64,000 nucleotides of DNA from Acidobacteriota bacterium. Its GTDB lineage: Bacteria; Acidobacteriota; UBA890; WLXD01. Position 1 is the stretch's first letter. The number at the start of each line of letters is the position of its first letter. The position numbers and the translations under genes are program-made. The notes below the pieces were generated by a model. The model had not been told where the DNA came from. It did not search any database and worked only from the letters and a program-made list of their open reading frames with translations. The stretch covers positions 480,001 through 544,000 of the forward strand of contig CAXWPL010000005.1 of assembly GCA_963666215.2 (NCBI GenBank). Direction: 5' to 3'. Positions 31,631-41,730 of the stretch are shown one piece after another.

Positions 31631-31736
31631 GTCGAACCTCCGAGTCGAAGGGAGGGAGCGTCGGGGCTTTCGAGAACTGTTGAATAGGAGCGTCGCCGGC
31701 CACAAAAAGTCGGCAAAGAACGAGGCCGACTCGAAA

Positions 31737-31752
31737 TTTAGGCTAGACTAAA
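31737..31752. promoter_or_regulatory. Candidate DtxR/SirR/MntR-family operator overlapping a -10 element
   Basis: TTTAGGCTAGACTAAA is a near-palindrome resembling TTAGGTTAACCTAA, contains TAGACT, and lies 10 nt before ATG 31763. Confidence 0.65.
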
Positions 31753-31762
31753 AATATCTTCT

Positions 31763-33736
31763 ATGAAACGCTCCGCCGCTCTACTTCTGTGCCTACTGCT
31801 GCTCGGTGGGCTATTCGCCGCTCCCGACCGCGGTGACAGCCACATTGTGCGCGAAGCCCCCTGGCACCCCGTGCCGGCCGCTTATCTGCGCAGCCTGTTC
31901 TACATCGGTTTGCAGCCAATCGACTGGCGGCTCGTGGCCTCGGAGTACGAAGCGCCGCTCGAGCCAGCCTACGGCTTCGCTACCGTGTACGACATGCTCG
32001 ACGCTTCGGGTCATCCGCGGCCGGAAGTCGATGCCGTGGGCGGTGGCGAGAGCGACACCACCGCCGGCCGGATGAGCCCAATCAGTCACGGATCGAGCTC
32101 GACAATGATCCGCGCGGCGATCGACGCCGAGGACGCCGCCGGCCTCTACTACGCCTCCACAACAGCCATATCTCGCCTGACTCGCCACTATCTGCACGAA
32201 GCCGAGTCCGCGCTGGCGCTCCCGGGGGCTGCTCAGGAGCCCCTCGAGCGTGCACGGCGCATCTATCGGGCTCTCGAGCAGGACTTTCTGCGCAACTACG
32301 ATCCAGGCGGCAACGCACGACTGGGCCTGAGCTGGCTGACGCTCTCGTCGACGGTCGGCACGGCCGGGGTGGCGGGGACCTCCGCGCGTGGCGCCAATAC
32401 CGAAGCTTTCGTAGGGGCTCGTGAAGAGATCTCGCGCTATCTCATCGATAACTACGAGATCTCCGCGGGCCGCGCCGCGCCGCGCCAAACCTTCCTGCCG
32501 CTGCCCGAAAGTGCTGTCGCAGCTGAGGCTGACCTCCGCCCCTTGAATTGGCTGCCGCCGGGCGCCGACCTCAACGATCAGGATCCGTTGCCTCGACTGG
32601 TACTCAACTTCGAGGAGCGCGGCATTGATGAGAAAGACCTCTTTCTGGTGGCCTACGGCGACATGCTGTTCGACTCGCCCCAGGTGTTTGGCGACCCGGC
32701 ACGCGGTCTCGGCCTGACCTGCTCACGGTGCCACAACCGCAGCGACATCAACCGGCGGCTGTTCATCCCGGGTGTGAGCGCCCGACCGGGCGGCCTCGAC
32801 ATAGACGGGCACTTCTTCAACCCGCGCTTCAACGATCGCCGCAACGACCCGCTCGACATACCGAGCCTGCGCGGCATCCGCTTTACCGGCCCCTACGGAC
32901 GCGACGGACGCGACGGTAGCCTGCGCGACTTCACCCGCAACGTGGTGGTGAACGAGTTCGCCGGCGACGAGCCCACGCCGTTGATGCTCGACGCCCTGGT
33001 GGCTTACATGCAGGAATTCGACTGGCTGCCGGCGCCCTACCTCGAGCCCGACGGAAGGCTCAAGCCCTCGGCTCCAGCCGGCGCCGGGCGCGGCGAAGTG
33101 CTCTTCAACAAGGAATTCGATGGCATGGGCGGGCGCTCCTGCAGCACCTGCCATATCGCCAGCGCCAACTTCGTAGACACCCTTCGCCACGACATCGGCA
33201 GCGGCGATCCGTCGAGCCCGAACGCCCGCGACAGTGCCTTCGAAACCCCGACGCTGCTCGGCGTCGCCCACACCGGCCCGTATTTCCACGACGGCTCGCA
33301 GGAAACGCTTGCCGACGTGGTGAGCTGGTTCAACGAGCACCATTCGCTTGGTCTCAGCGCTCCAGAGCGAAGCGACCTCACGGCCTACATCGAGGCGATC
33401 GGCACCGGCGAAGATCCGTACGAGATCTTCGACGAAGAGAACACTCAGTTCGGGATGTTCTTCGGCGAGCTCACCACCTTCGCCAGCACCCTCAGCACCC
33501 TGCTGCCAGCGCGCGACACGTTCCACGCCGATCTGCTCATCCGCACCGTCGCCGAAGACATGCGGCTCGACGCCAGCGCATTGATTGACAGATCGCAGGC
33601 GCCCCTGGTTTACGAGCTGGCGGACAAGCTCGAGGAAATCGGCACCGCGATCAACGCCGACGATTGGGCCACGGCCGAGTCGCGCTGGATCGAGTACCAA
33701 CAGCTCGAGGCCGAGTACGGGCCTGACTTCAGGTGA
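31763..33736 (+). CDS. Atypical di-heme cytochrome c peroxidase/MauG-superfamily protein with long N- and C-terminal extensions
   Basis: Signal peptide; CSRCH and CSTCH; IPSLRG...GPYGRDG and TPTL.GVAHTGPYFHDG. Confidence 0.82.
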   Translation: MKRSAALLLCLLLLGGLFAAPDRGDSHIVREAPWHPVPAAYLRSLFYIGLQPIDWRLVASEYEAPLEPAYGFATVYDMLDASGHPRPEVDAVGGGESDTTAGRMSPISHGSSSTMIRAAIDAEDAAGLYYASTTAISRLTRHYLHEAESALALPGAAQEPLERARRIYRALEQDFLRNYDPGGNARLGLSWLTLSSTVGTAGVAGTSARGANTEAFVGAREEISRYLIDNYEISAGRAAPRQTFLPLPESAVAAEADLRPLNWLPPGADLNDQDPLPRLVLNFEERGIDEKDLFLVAYGDMLFDSPQVFGDPARGLGLTCSRCHNRSDINRRLFIPGVSARPGGLDIDGHFFNPRFNDRRNDPLDIPSLRGIRFTGPYGRDGRDGSLRDFTRNVVVNEFAGDEPTPLMLDALVAYMQEFDWLPAPYLEPDGRLKPSAPAGAGRGEVLFNKEFDGMGGRSCSTCHIASANFVDTLRHDIGSGDPSSPNARDSAFETPTLLGVAHTGPYFHDGSQETLADVVSWFNEHHSLGLSAPERSDLTAYIEAIGTGEDPYEIFDEENTQFGMFFGELTTFASTLSTLLPARDTFHADLLIRTVAEDMRLDASALIDRSQAPLVYELADKLEEIGTAINADDWATAESRWIEYQQLEAEYGPDFR

Positions 33737-33740
33737 TCGC

Positions 33741-34769
33741 ATGAGCCAAGAAACTCAATTGCAGGCGCGCCGACCCACCGCTACATCTCGTCCGAGTCAC
33801 CGTTGGCGTTGCGACGGAGGTGTGAACGACACGAGTCGGCCGAATCGGCAAGCTCCGCGGCGCTCTCGGCTCGGCCTTTTGGTGGCCGCGCTCGTGCTCA
33901 GCTCTTCGGCAATGCCTTCTCGGCCGGCCCTCGCGGCGCTGTGGGGCCCGGCAACGGGTCAGACAGGCGGCGGCCCGGGTGCCCCGCTTGTCCTGGCGTT
34001 TATCCCGCAGGAGAACCCCGAGAAGCTGCTTGGCGACATCGATGCGTTCACCAGCTACCTCGCCGCTGAGCTCGGCCAGCCCGTGCGCGGCTTCGTGACG
34101 CTCGATCACGCCGCCGCCGTCGAGGCGTTGCGCCACGGTGATGCCGACATCTCGTTCATGGGCGCCCTGCCCTACGTGATTGCCCACGAGCTCATTGGCG
34201 CGCGCGTGCTGCTCTCGGAGATCTATCGTGGCCGACCTGTCTACCGCGGTCGCATTTTTGTGCGTCGCGACGGTGGCATCCGCACACTGGCCGACCTACG
34301 CGGCAAAACAATCGCTTTCCCCGACCCGATCTCCGAGTCAGGCTACTTGTACCCGCTCGACCTGTTCGCACGCGCCAACCTGCTCGAGCGCGGCGCCGAT
34401 CCTCAGAGCTTCTTCGGCACGGTCTACTTCGCAGGCGGCTACCAGCAGGCCATCGCCGCGGTGGCCAACGGCTACGTGGACGCGGCGGGCGCGAGTCAGT
34501 TCGCCGACCTGTTGCTAACGCCCGAGCAGCTGCGAGATGTGACGTGGATCGCCGAAACCGACGAGATTCCTTCACACGCCGTCATCGCGCGCGGCGACTT
34601 GCCGGAACCCCGCGCCGCGGCGTTCGTTGCCGCCATGCTGAAGCTCAACGAGCCCGAGTATCAGCACCTGCTGCAGTACGTCTACGGCCCCGACGGCTAT
34701 GTGACGACGACTCACGAAGCCTACGCCGGTGTGGCCGATGTCGCGCGGCTCTACGGACTGCTCGAATAA
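33741..34769 (+). CDS. PhnD/PtxB-fold ABC substrate-binding protein
   Basis: FIPQENP, A.VEALR.G.AD..FMG..PY, L.DLRGK.IAF.DP.S.SGYLYP, VDAAG. Confidence 0.85.
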   Translation: MSQETQLQARRPTATSRPSHRWRCDGGVNDTSRPNRQAPRRSRLGLLVAALVLSSSAMPSRPALAALWGPATGQTGGGPGAPLVLAFIPQENPEKLLGDIDAFTSYLAAELGQPVRGFVTLDHAAAVEALRHGDADISFMGALPYVIAHELIGARVLLSEIYRGRPVYRGRIFVRRDGGIRTLADLRGKTIAFPDPISESGYLYPLDLFARANLLERGADPQSFFGTVYFAGGYQQAIAAVANGYVDAAGASQFADLLLTPEQLRDVTWIAETDEIPSHAVIARGDLPEPRAAAFVAAMLKLNEPEYQHLLQYVYGPDGYVTTTHEAYAGVADVARLYGLLE

Positions 34770-34776
34770 CAGCCAC

Positions 34777-35592
34777 GTGCCCGCAGCCGCCGAATCCACC
34801 GAGGTGTCGCCGCACGCCCTACAGCTGACGGGTGTCCGCGCGCGCTACGGCGACGGACCCTGGGTGGTCGACGTCGAGCAGCTGACCGTCAATCGCGGCG
34901 AGCGCGTGGCCATCATCGGGCCCAGCGGTTCAGGCAAGACGAGCCTGTTACGGCTCATCAACGGTTATGTTCCGGCGGTAGAAGGGCAACTGCAGATTCT
35001 TGGAAGGACCCCTCGGGATCAGGGTCGCCGCCGCTCTGCGCGCACCGCCGTGGCGTTCATCTTTCAGGAATTCCACCTCGTCGACCGGGCCAGCGTCTTC
35101 GACAACGTGCTGTGGGGTCGCCTCGGGCACGTCCACCCGCTCTCGAGCCTGCTCGGCCGCTTCCCGCTGGCCGACAAGCGGGCCGCCATGGAGGCGATCG
35201 CGGAGGTGGATCTCACTCCTCAGGCAACCCAGCGGGCCGACACACTGAGCGGCGGCCAGAAGCAAAGGGTGGGTGTGGCGCGAGCGCTCGCGCAGGAGCC
35301 ACAGATCCTGCTGGCCGACGAGCCCGTCAGCAATCTCGACCCTGCGCTCGCGGACGACATCCTCGAGCTCCTGGTGCGATCAGCAGAACGACGCAACGCG
35401 ACGCTGCTGCTGACGCTGCATCAACCCGAGCTGGCGCGACGCCATGCCGATCGCATCGTTGGCATGCGCGAAGGCCATGTTGTCCACGACGGCCGCAGCG
35501 GCGACCTGACGGACGCCGACCTGAAGCGCATCTATGGTCGCGAGGGCATTCCGCAGCTCGAACCTCGTGAAAGCTCTGCTCGACGGGCATGA
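34777..35592 (+). CDS. PhnC-like ABC ATPase
   Basis: GPSGSGKT, NVLWGRLG, LSGGQKQRV, LADEPVSNLDP, LHQ. Confidence 0.9.
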   Translation: MPAAAESTEVSPHALQLTGVRARYGDGPWVVDVEQLTVNRGERVAIIGPSGSGKTSLLRLINGYVPAVEGQLQILGRTPRDQGRRRSARTAVAFIFQEFHLVDRASVFDNVLWGRLGHVHPLSSLLGRFPLADKRAAMEAIAEVDLTPQATQRADTLSGGQKQRVGVARALAQEPQILLADEPVSNLDPALADDILELLVRSAERRNATLLLTLHQPELARRHADRIVGMREGHVVHDGRSGDLTDADLKRIYGREGIPQLEPRESSARRA

Positions 35593-36392
35593 TGAGCCCG
35601 TCGAGCGACATCGACGCGCGTATTCCGCGCCCCTCGCCGATGCAGAGCTTCGGCCGCGTGGCCGCCATCCTGGGCGTGGTGGCGGCGATTGCCTGGGGAT
35701 GGCACGGCACGAGCTTCGACCCGGCGCGCTTCGTGGCAGGGCTGCCACGGCTGCGCGAGTTCGTGGGACGCATGCTGCCACCCGACGCCGACGTGGCGTC
35801 GACCGTTCTGCGATCAACGGTTGAAACGCTGCAAATAGCTCTGTTCGGCACACTCTTGAGCGCCATCGCGTCGGTGGTCCTGGGCGTGGCGGCAGCACGA
35901 ACGCTGGCGCCGGCGTGGCTGGCAATCCCACTGAAGTGGATGCTCAGCGCGCTGCGCGCGATCCCGATGCTGCTGCTGGCGCTGTTGTTCGTGTCGACGG
36001 TCGGCCTCGGCCCCTTCCCGGGAGTGCTCGCGGTTGCGGTGCATTCCACCGGGATGCTCGGCAAGTTCTACGCCGAGGCTTTCGACGGCGCCCGATCGGG
36101 TCCGTTGGAGGCGCTCGACTCGGCAGGAGCCTCGTGGCTGCAGCGGGTCCGATTCGGCGTGCTGCCGCAGGTGGCGCCCGTACTGGCACGCGACACACTT
36201 TTCCGTTTCGAGCTCAACCTCCGCGAATCACTCGCCCTGGGCCTCGTCGGCGCCGGTGGTATCGGCCTCTACATCCAGATGTACACCCGAGCGTTCCAGT
36301 ACGACAAAGTTGCTACTCTGACGATCGTCGTGCTCCTCATGGTGGTGCTCGTCGAACAGGCCAGCGTCGCGGTCCGGCAGCGTCTCCGCTAG
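35589..36392 (+). CDS. PhnE-like ABC permease
   Basis: ETLQIA..GT, GLGPFPGVLA..HS.G.LGKFYAE, RFE.NLRES..LG.VGAGGIG. Confidence 0.9.
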   Translation: MMSPSSDIDARIPRPSPMQSFGRVAAILGVVAAIAWGWHGTSFDPARFVAGLPRLREFVGRMLPPDADVASTVLRSTVETLQIALFGTLLSAIASVVLGVAAARTLAPAWLAIPLKWMLSALRAIPMLLLALLFVSTVGLGPFPGVLAVAVHSTGMLGKFYAEAFDGARSGPLEALDSAGASWLQRVRFGVLPQVAPVLARDTLFRFELNLRESLALGLVGAGGIGLYIQMYTRAFQYDKVATLTIVVLLMVVLVEQASVAVRQRLR

Positions 36393-36419
36393 CTCGCCCC
36401 AAGCTCGGCTCGGAGTGAG

Positions 36420-39160
36420 ATGAAGCTAGCCTCAGGCACAGCCAAGCCGGCACCCAGATCGCTCCTACGGGTCGGGCTGCTCGGCCTCGGGCTGATCTCC
36501 CTTGCGGCGGTTCTTTGGGCCTGGAGCTTCACCCACTCCGGCCTACCGCGACGCCGAGGCGCGGCCGCCATCCCCGGCTTGTCGGCGCCGGTCCGCGTTC
36601 GATTCGACGACTGGGGCGTGCCGCACCTCGACGGCGCGAGCTTCGCCGATTTGGCGCGTGGCATGGGCTACGTCCACGCCAACGATCGATTCTTGCAGCT
36701 CGAGCTCGGCCGGCGACAGGCCGCCGGCCGGCTCGCCGAGGTTCTCGGGGAGCGGGCCGTGGGCGCCGATCGTTACTACCGCGGCCTCGGGCTGACCCGG
36801 ATCGCTCGAGCGCAGGTAGAGGCTGCCGGAGCCGAAACTTCCCGTCTTCTCGACGCCTATGCCGATGGCGTCAACGCCTGGCTCGCTGAGCGGCGCGGCG
36901 ATCTGCCGCCCGACGTGCGGTTGCTGTTGCGCGGCCGAGAGCACTCGCAACCGGACCCCTGGAAGCCGATCGACAGCGTCTATTTCCAGCTGCTCATGGC
37001 ACACGACCTGGGTTTCTGGCAGGGCCGACCCGAGGAAACGCGCTTCGAGTTGCTTGCCAGTCTGGGCAGAGAGCGCTTCGCCGACCTCATGGGAGACAAT
37101 CCGCACGTGCCGCGCGAAATCGCCGACCTCGCAGCCGAGCTCTCCAGCCAGCTCGCAACCCGGGAGGCCGACCGCCTGGCCGGGTTCCGGCCGGACCCCG
37201 TGGCCGCCGCGTTCGCCGCGCGGCGCACCTCGTCAGCCGTCGCCAGCGAACAACGCGTCGCGATCGGCAGCAACAACTGGGCGGTCGACGGCAACCACGC
37301 GGCAAGCGGATTGCCGCTGCTGGCGAGCGACCCCCATCTCGCATTGCGACTGCCGTCGATTTGGTATCAGGCCCTGCTACGGGCGCCCGACTACGAGGCC
37401 GCCGGGATGACGCTGATTGGTTTCCCGTTCGTTGTCATCGGCCGTGGGCCGGATCTCGCCTGGGGCTTCACCAATACCATGCTCGACGATCACGACCTGT
37501 TCTTCGAAGAGGTCGAAAACGGTCGCGTTCGTCGCGGCGACCGCTGGGTCGAGCTCGAGCAGGTCGAGGAGCGGATCCTCGTGCGCGGCGCCGACCCGAT
37601 TGCGATCACCGTCAGCTACGGCGATCGAGGCGTGGTTCTGCCACCCGATGAAGAGAGAGGCTTGCCGGCACGCAGCCTCAGCTGGACGGCCGCGGTACCG
37701 AGCGATCCTTCCACAGCGTTGCTGAATCTGGCTCGCGCACGATCGATCGACGACGTCCGCGAGATCGGTGAGATGGGGGGCGGCCTCGAGGGCTACGCCG
37801 CCCCGGCGCAGAATCTGGTCGCCGCCGATCGGGCGGGCGGCATTCTGCAGACGGTCATCGGACGCGTTCCGCTGCGGCGCCGCGGGGACGGGCGACTGCC
37901 GTCGCCGGGGTGGGACGAGCGCTACGGCTGGTCCGGACTGCGTCCGCAACACGCCAATCCTACGATCGAGCGGCCTGGACGCGGTTTCTTGACCAGCGCC
38001 AACAACGACGTTCGCGGAAGTCCTGGCAACGATACCGGCACGGCAACCACCGCAGATGAAGGTGTTTCTGTCCCGCGCAACGCATCTGGCGGTCCGACGG
38101 TTTCCGACGACGACGACGTCGAGCTCGACGCGGCCTTAGACGTCGCTCTCGTCGGCAACTTCGACACCGACCATCGGGTGCGACGCATCGAAGAGCTCCT
38201 GGCGGCCCGCGGCGATTGGACCCCGACAGGTTTCGCCGAGCTGCAGAGCGACACCCGCTCGCTCTACGCCAGCGAGGTGATCGCCGCGACGCGCGCGCAC
38301 TTCAAGGTGCCTAACGGTGGTGGGGACGCCCAACGGAATTACGCGCCCGAAGATCCGAGAGCGACGCGAGCTCTCGATCTGCTGGCGGCCTGGGACGGCG
38401 ACATGCGCACCGAGGCCGGCCCGGCGGCAGCTCTTTTCGTCCCGTTCGATCAGGAGCTTCACCGAGCGGTCTTCGCCGACGAGGTGCACGAGGCCGCGCG
38501 CAGGTCTGGCTTCAACCGCCGCCGACAGCTCACTCGATTGCTTCGGGGAGACATGACGGACAGCTGGTACGACGACGTCTCGACGACCCAGACAGAGGGC
38601 GCGCGCGACATTTTCGAGCGCGCGCTGGCCGTTGCATGGCAGCGAGCCAGCGAGGCTTGGGGTGAGGACTCGGAACGCTGGAACTACGAGACGATCCACA
38701 CGCTCACGTTGACGCATCCGCTCGGATCGCTGCCCGTCGTCGGCAGCTGGTTGAACCGCGGCCCCATGCCCATCCCCGGATCGGCTACCAGCGTCGCCGC
38801 CTTCGGTGGCGGCTTGAGCGACCGACGGGTAGTCGTGACCGCTGGGCCCTCGATGCGTTGGATCGCCGACCTTTCCGAAGCCGACTCCGGACTCGTCTCC
38901 CTACCCGGCGGTCAATCCGGCCATCCGCTCGACCCGCACTACACCGATCAGCTGCAGCCGTATCTGCAGAACCAGGGACGGCCGCTGCGCTTCACCGAGG
39001 CTGCGATCGCCGCCAACACCGTCAGCACCATGGCGCTGCTACCGACCGTGAGTCGCTCGCTTGGGGCTGGAGGCGGCGAGAGCGGAGACGAGATCGACCT
39101 GCTCCTGGTCAGCGAGCGCGTGGTCGATGGCAGCGGTGCCGCGGCCGGGCCCGCGGCGAT
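36420..39160 (+). CDS. Penicillin acylase family (Ntn hydrolase) domain; N-terminal part of an apparent fusion
   Basis: DDWGVPH, GYVHANDR, GSNNW nucleophile, SDPHL, SANN, PGGQSG.P..PHY.DQ. No stop follows; the frame runs into DLLL...VVDGSG. Confidence 0.88.
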
Positions 39161-40633
39161 CGGATCGTCTACGTCGGGCCGGTGGAGCGCGCGCCGCGGG
39201 CCACCGAAACGCTCGACGTCGGAAGCTCGATCATCGCGCCCGGATTCATCGACACGCACACGCATGCGCTCTCGGCAGCAAACGATCCGCGCCGCTCACT
39301 GGCGGAAAACTACCTGTGCCAGGGTGTCACGACACTCGTGGCAGGCAACGACGGCGGCGGCCCGTTCACAGTGCAGGCCACGTTCGAGGCCATGGAGCGG
39401 AATGGGCTCGGACCGAACGTCGGCCTTCTCGTTGGCCACGACCCGATACGGCGCGCGGTGGTCGGCGCCGACGACCGGCACGCCACCGACGTCGAAATCG
39501 CACGCATGCGTGAGCTGGTCGAAGACGCGATGCGAGAAGGTGCTCTGGGGTTCTCGACTGGGCTCTTCTATCCCACGGGCTTCTACGCCGAGACCAGCGG
39601 GGTCATCGAGCTGGCTCGGGGCGCGGCTGCACATGGCGGCATCTACGACAGCCACATGCGTGACGAAGGCTCGTTCTCCATCGGAGTGCTGGAAGCGGTT
39701 CGCGAGACTGTGCGAATTGGAGAGGAGGCCGGCCTACCGGTGCACATCGCGCACATCAAGGCCCTGGGCCCCGACAACTGGGGGCTTTCCGAAGAGATCG
39801 TCGCGATCATCGCCGCGGCGCGAGCCCGCGGGCTCCGAGTGACGGCCGATCAGTACCCCTACGCGGCCTCCAGCACGACGATCGCCGGTGCCGTGCTGCC
39901 GCGCTGGGCCCTGGCCGGCGGCGACGAGGCGTTCGCGGAACGCTACGGCTCGGGAAATTCGAATGATCCCGAGACGGCCGCAAGCCGCATGCTGACCGAG
40001 ATCGAGGCCAATATCGCGCTACGCGCCGGGCCGCAGGCATTGCAGTTTTCCAGCGGTCCGGAGTTGCTCGGCCGCGGTGGCAACTCGATTGCCATCGCCG
40101 GTCGGACTCTCGCCGATGTGGCCGCGGCACTCGGCGTCTCACCTGCCGAAGCGTCGGTACGCGTGCAGCTCGGCGGCGGCGCCAGCGTTGTGTCGTTCGA
40201 TATGTCGGACGCCGACGTGAAACGCTTTCGAGGCCTGCGCTGGGTCATGACCTCGTCGGACGGCTCACTCGTTCTTCCCGGTGAGGGTGTTCCCCACCCG
40301 CGCTCCTACGGCAGCTTCGCGCGGGTGATCTCACATTTCGTCCGCGACACCGAGCAGCTGACACTGCCCGAGGCGATTCGCAGCGCCACCAGCCTACCAG
40401 CGGCGACGTTCGGGCTCGGCGATCGCGGGCTGCTGCGTGCAGGAGCCACCGCCGACGTCATCGTGTTCGATGCCCAGGCGATCGACGACCGCGCGACCTT
40501 CGCGGCGCCTCACGCTCATGCGGCAGGCGTCGCGCAGGTCATCGTTAACGGCCGCTTCGTTATTCGCGACGGAGAACTCACCGGCGCGCGCCCAGGTCGA
40601 GGCCTGCGGCGTGGGGAACACAATCCGCGTTGA
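39090..40633 (+). CDS. N-acyl-D-amino acid deacylase (amidohydrolase) domain, frameshifted at about 39160
   Basis: APGFIDTHTH, GNDG, STGLFY, SHMRDE, HIAHIK, DQYPY, SSDG, HPRSYG.F.R, DRGLL..G..AD. Confidence 0.88.
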
Positions 40634-41590
40634 CTAGTTGCCGGCGGCGCCCTTCCCCTTGGCGGTGCTCCCACCGCCGACTCCATTGCGTCCGTTGCCC
40701 CCGTTCCCCGAGCTCCGAAGCGCGCCCGCGATGCGCTCCGTGGCAGCCGCCAAGCCAGCCGGCAGCTGCACGCCGGGAATGGTTGGCATGTCTTTCGGAG
40801 CCAGCGACGGGGCGTACAGAGACAACTGCGCCGGCACACGGCTAACAACGAGCGTACGCGCCGCTCGGTTGAGGCCGGCAAGCTGAGCCCGAGTCGCCAC
40901 GTGCAAGCACACCGCCGACGGCTTGGCCTGCCGAACCGCGGTCACGAGATCCTCCGGCCGAACGTCAGGGCCGAGGTAGAGGACGCCGAGATCGCGCTGA
41001 CGAAGCATCACCGACAGGGCGAGCAAACCCAGGTCGTGCGACTCTCCCTCGGGACAACCAAGCAGCACCTGCGGCTGATGGCCGCCGTGTCCGTTGAGCT
41101 GAGCGAGCTGGGCGCCCACTTCGCAACGAATCACCTCCGCGGCGAATGCGATGTTCGCCGCCGACACCGACGCCTCGCCCCAGCCGGCCGACAGCTGCTC
41201 GAGTGCCGGGAAGGCGATACGCTCCATGGTTGGCGCCCATCCGGTGGAGTACACCGAGTCGCGGAGTATTCGCAGCAGCCACCCCTGATCGAAAGCAAGG
41301 GTCTTCTGCACGAACAGCTCCACCAGCGGATGGGGCCGTGAGCTGGCCTCGTGCAGCTCGGCCTCGCTCGTGCCTTCCATGCGCACTGCATCGGCGGCAT
41401 TGGAGGCCGACACACCCGACAAGATCAGGGCCGCCATCCGCCGAACGACGGCGATGTCGCCATCACTATAGCGACGCTGCCCGGAGTCGGTACGTTCCGG
41501 AGCCGGCACCCCGTAACGGCGCTCCCAGGTGCGCAGTCGACTCTCCGACACGCCGGTAGCTGTGGCTGTTCCCTTGACGGTGTAGTGCAT
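40634..41590 (-). CDS. MerR-family regulator with cobalamin-binding domain (CarH/LitR-like)
   Basis: LRTWERRYG.P.P.RT..G.RRY; Trp in the helical domain; CPEGESHDLG (ExH) and YLGPD Rossmann domain. Confidence 0.85.
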   Translation of the reverse strand: MHYTVKGTATATGVSESRLRTWERRYGVPAPERTDSGQRRYSDGDIAVVRRMAALILSGVSASNAADAVRMEGTSEAELHEASSRPHPLVELFVQKTLAFDQGWLLRILRDSVYSTGWAPTMERIAFPALEQLSAGWGEASVSAANIAFAAEVIRCEVGAQLAQLNGHGGHQPQVLLGCPEGESHDLGLLALSVMLRQRDLGVLYLGPDVRPEDLVTAVRQAKPSAVCLHVATRAQLAGLNRAARTLVVSRVPAQLSLYAPSLAPKDMPTIPGVQLPAGLAAATERIAGALRSSGNGGNGRNGVGGGSTAKGKGAAGN

Positions 41591-41645
41591 GGCTACGACA
41601 AAGTTATTTCTTTGTCAGAAGTTGTGCAACGGGGGGTATTCTTTT

Positions 41646-41711
41646 TTGCAGAAAGCTTGTATAAGTACACTCGCAGCTTTGACTAACTATTGAAGCAGAC
41701 TTGACGCAGCC
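41646..41711 (+). promoter_or_regulatory. Six tandem 11-bp units, candidate CarH/LitR operator
   Basis: TTGCAGAAAGC, TTGTATAAGTA, CACTCGCAGCT, TTGACTAACTA, TTGAAGCAGAC, TTGACGCAGCC: TTG starts 5 of 6 units and A is at position 8 in all 6. Confidence 0.65.
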
Positions 41712-41730
41712 CGTAACAAGGACGACAGAG

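Noticed and set aside
33741-36392. Assigning phnD/phnC/phnE symbols as a true phosphonate pathway
   Set aside because: The fold matches, but binding residues differ and no phosphonate or phosphite catabolic genes or Pho box were seen; the nearby Na/Pi-PhoU pair is a separate unit.
39160-39842. C-terminal extension of the 1140-aa acylase ORF
   Set aside because: Out-of-frame read-through over the D-aminoacylase domain after the frameshift.
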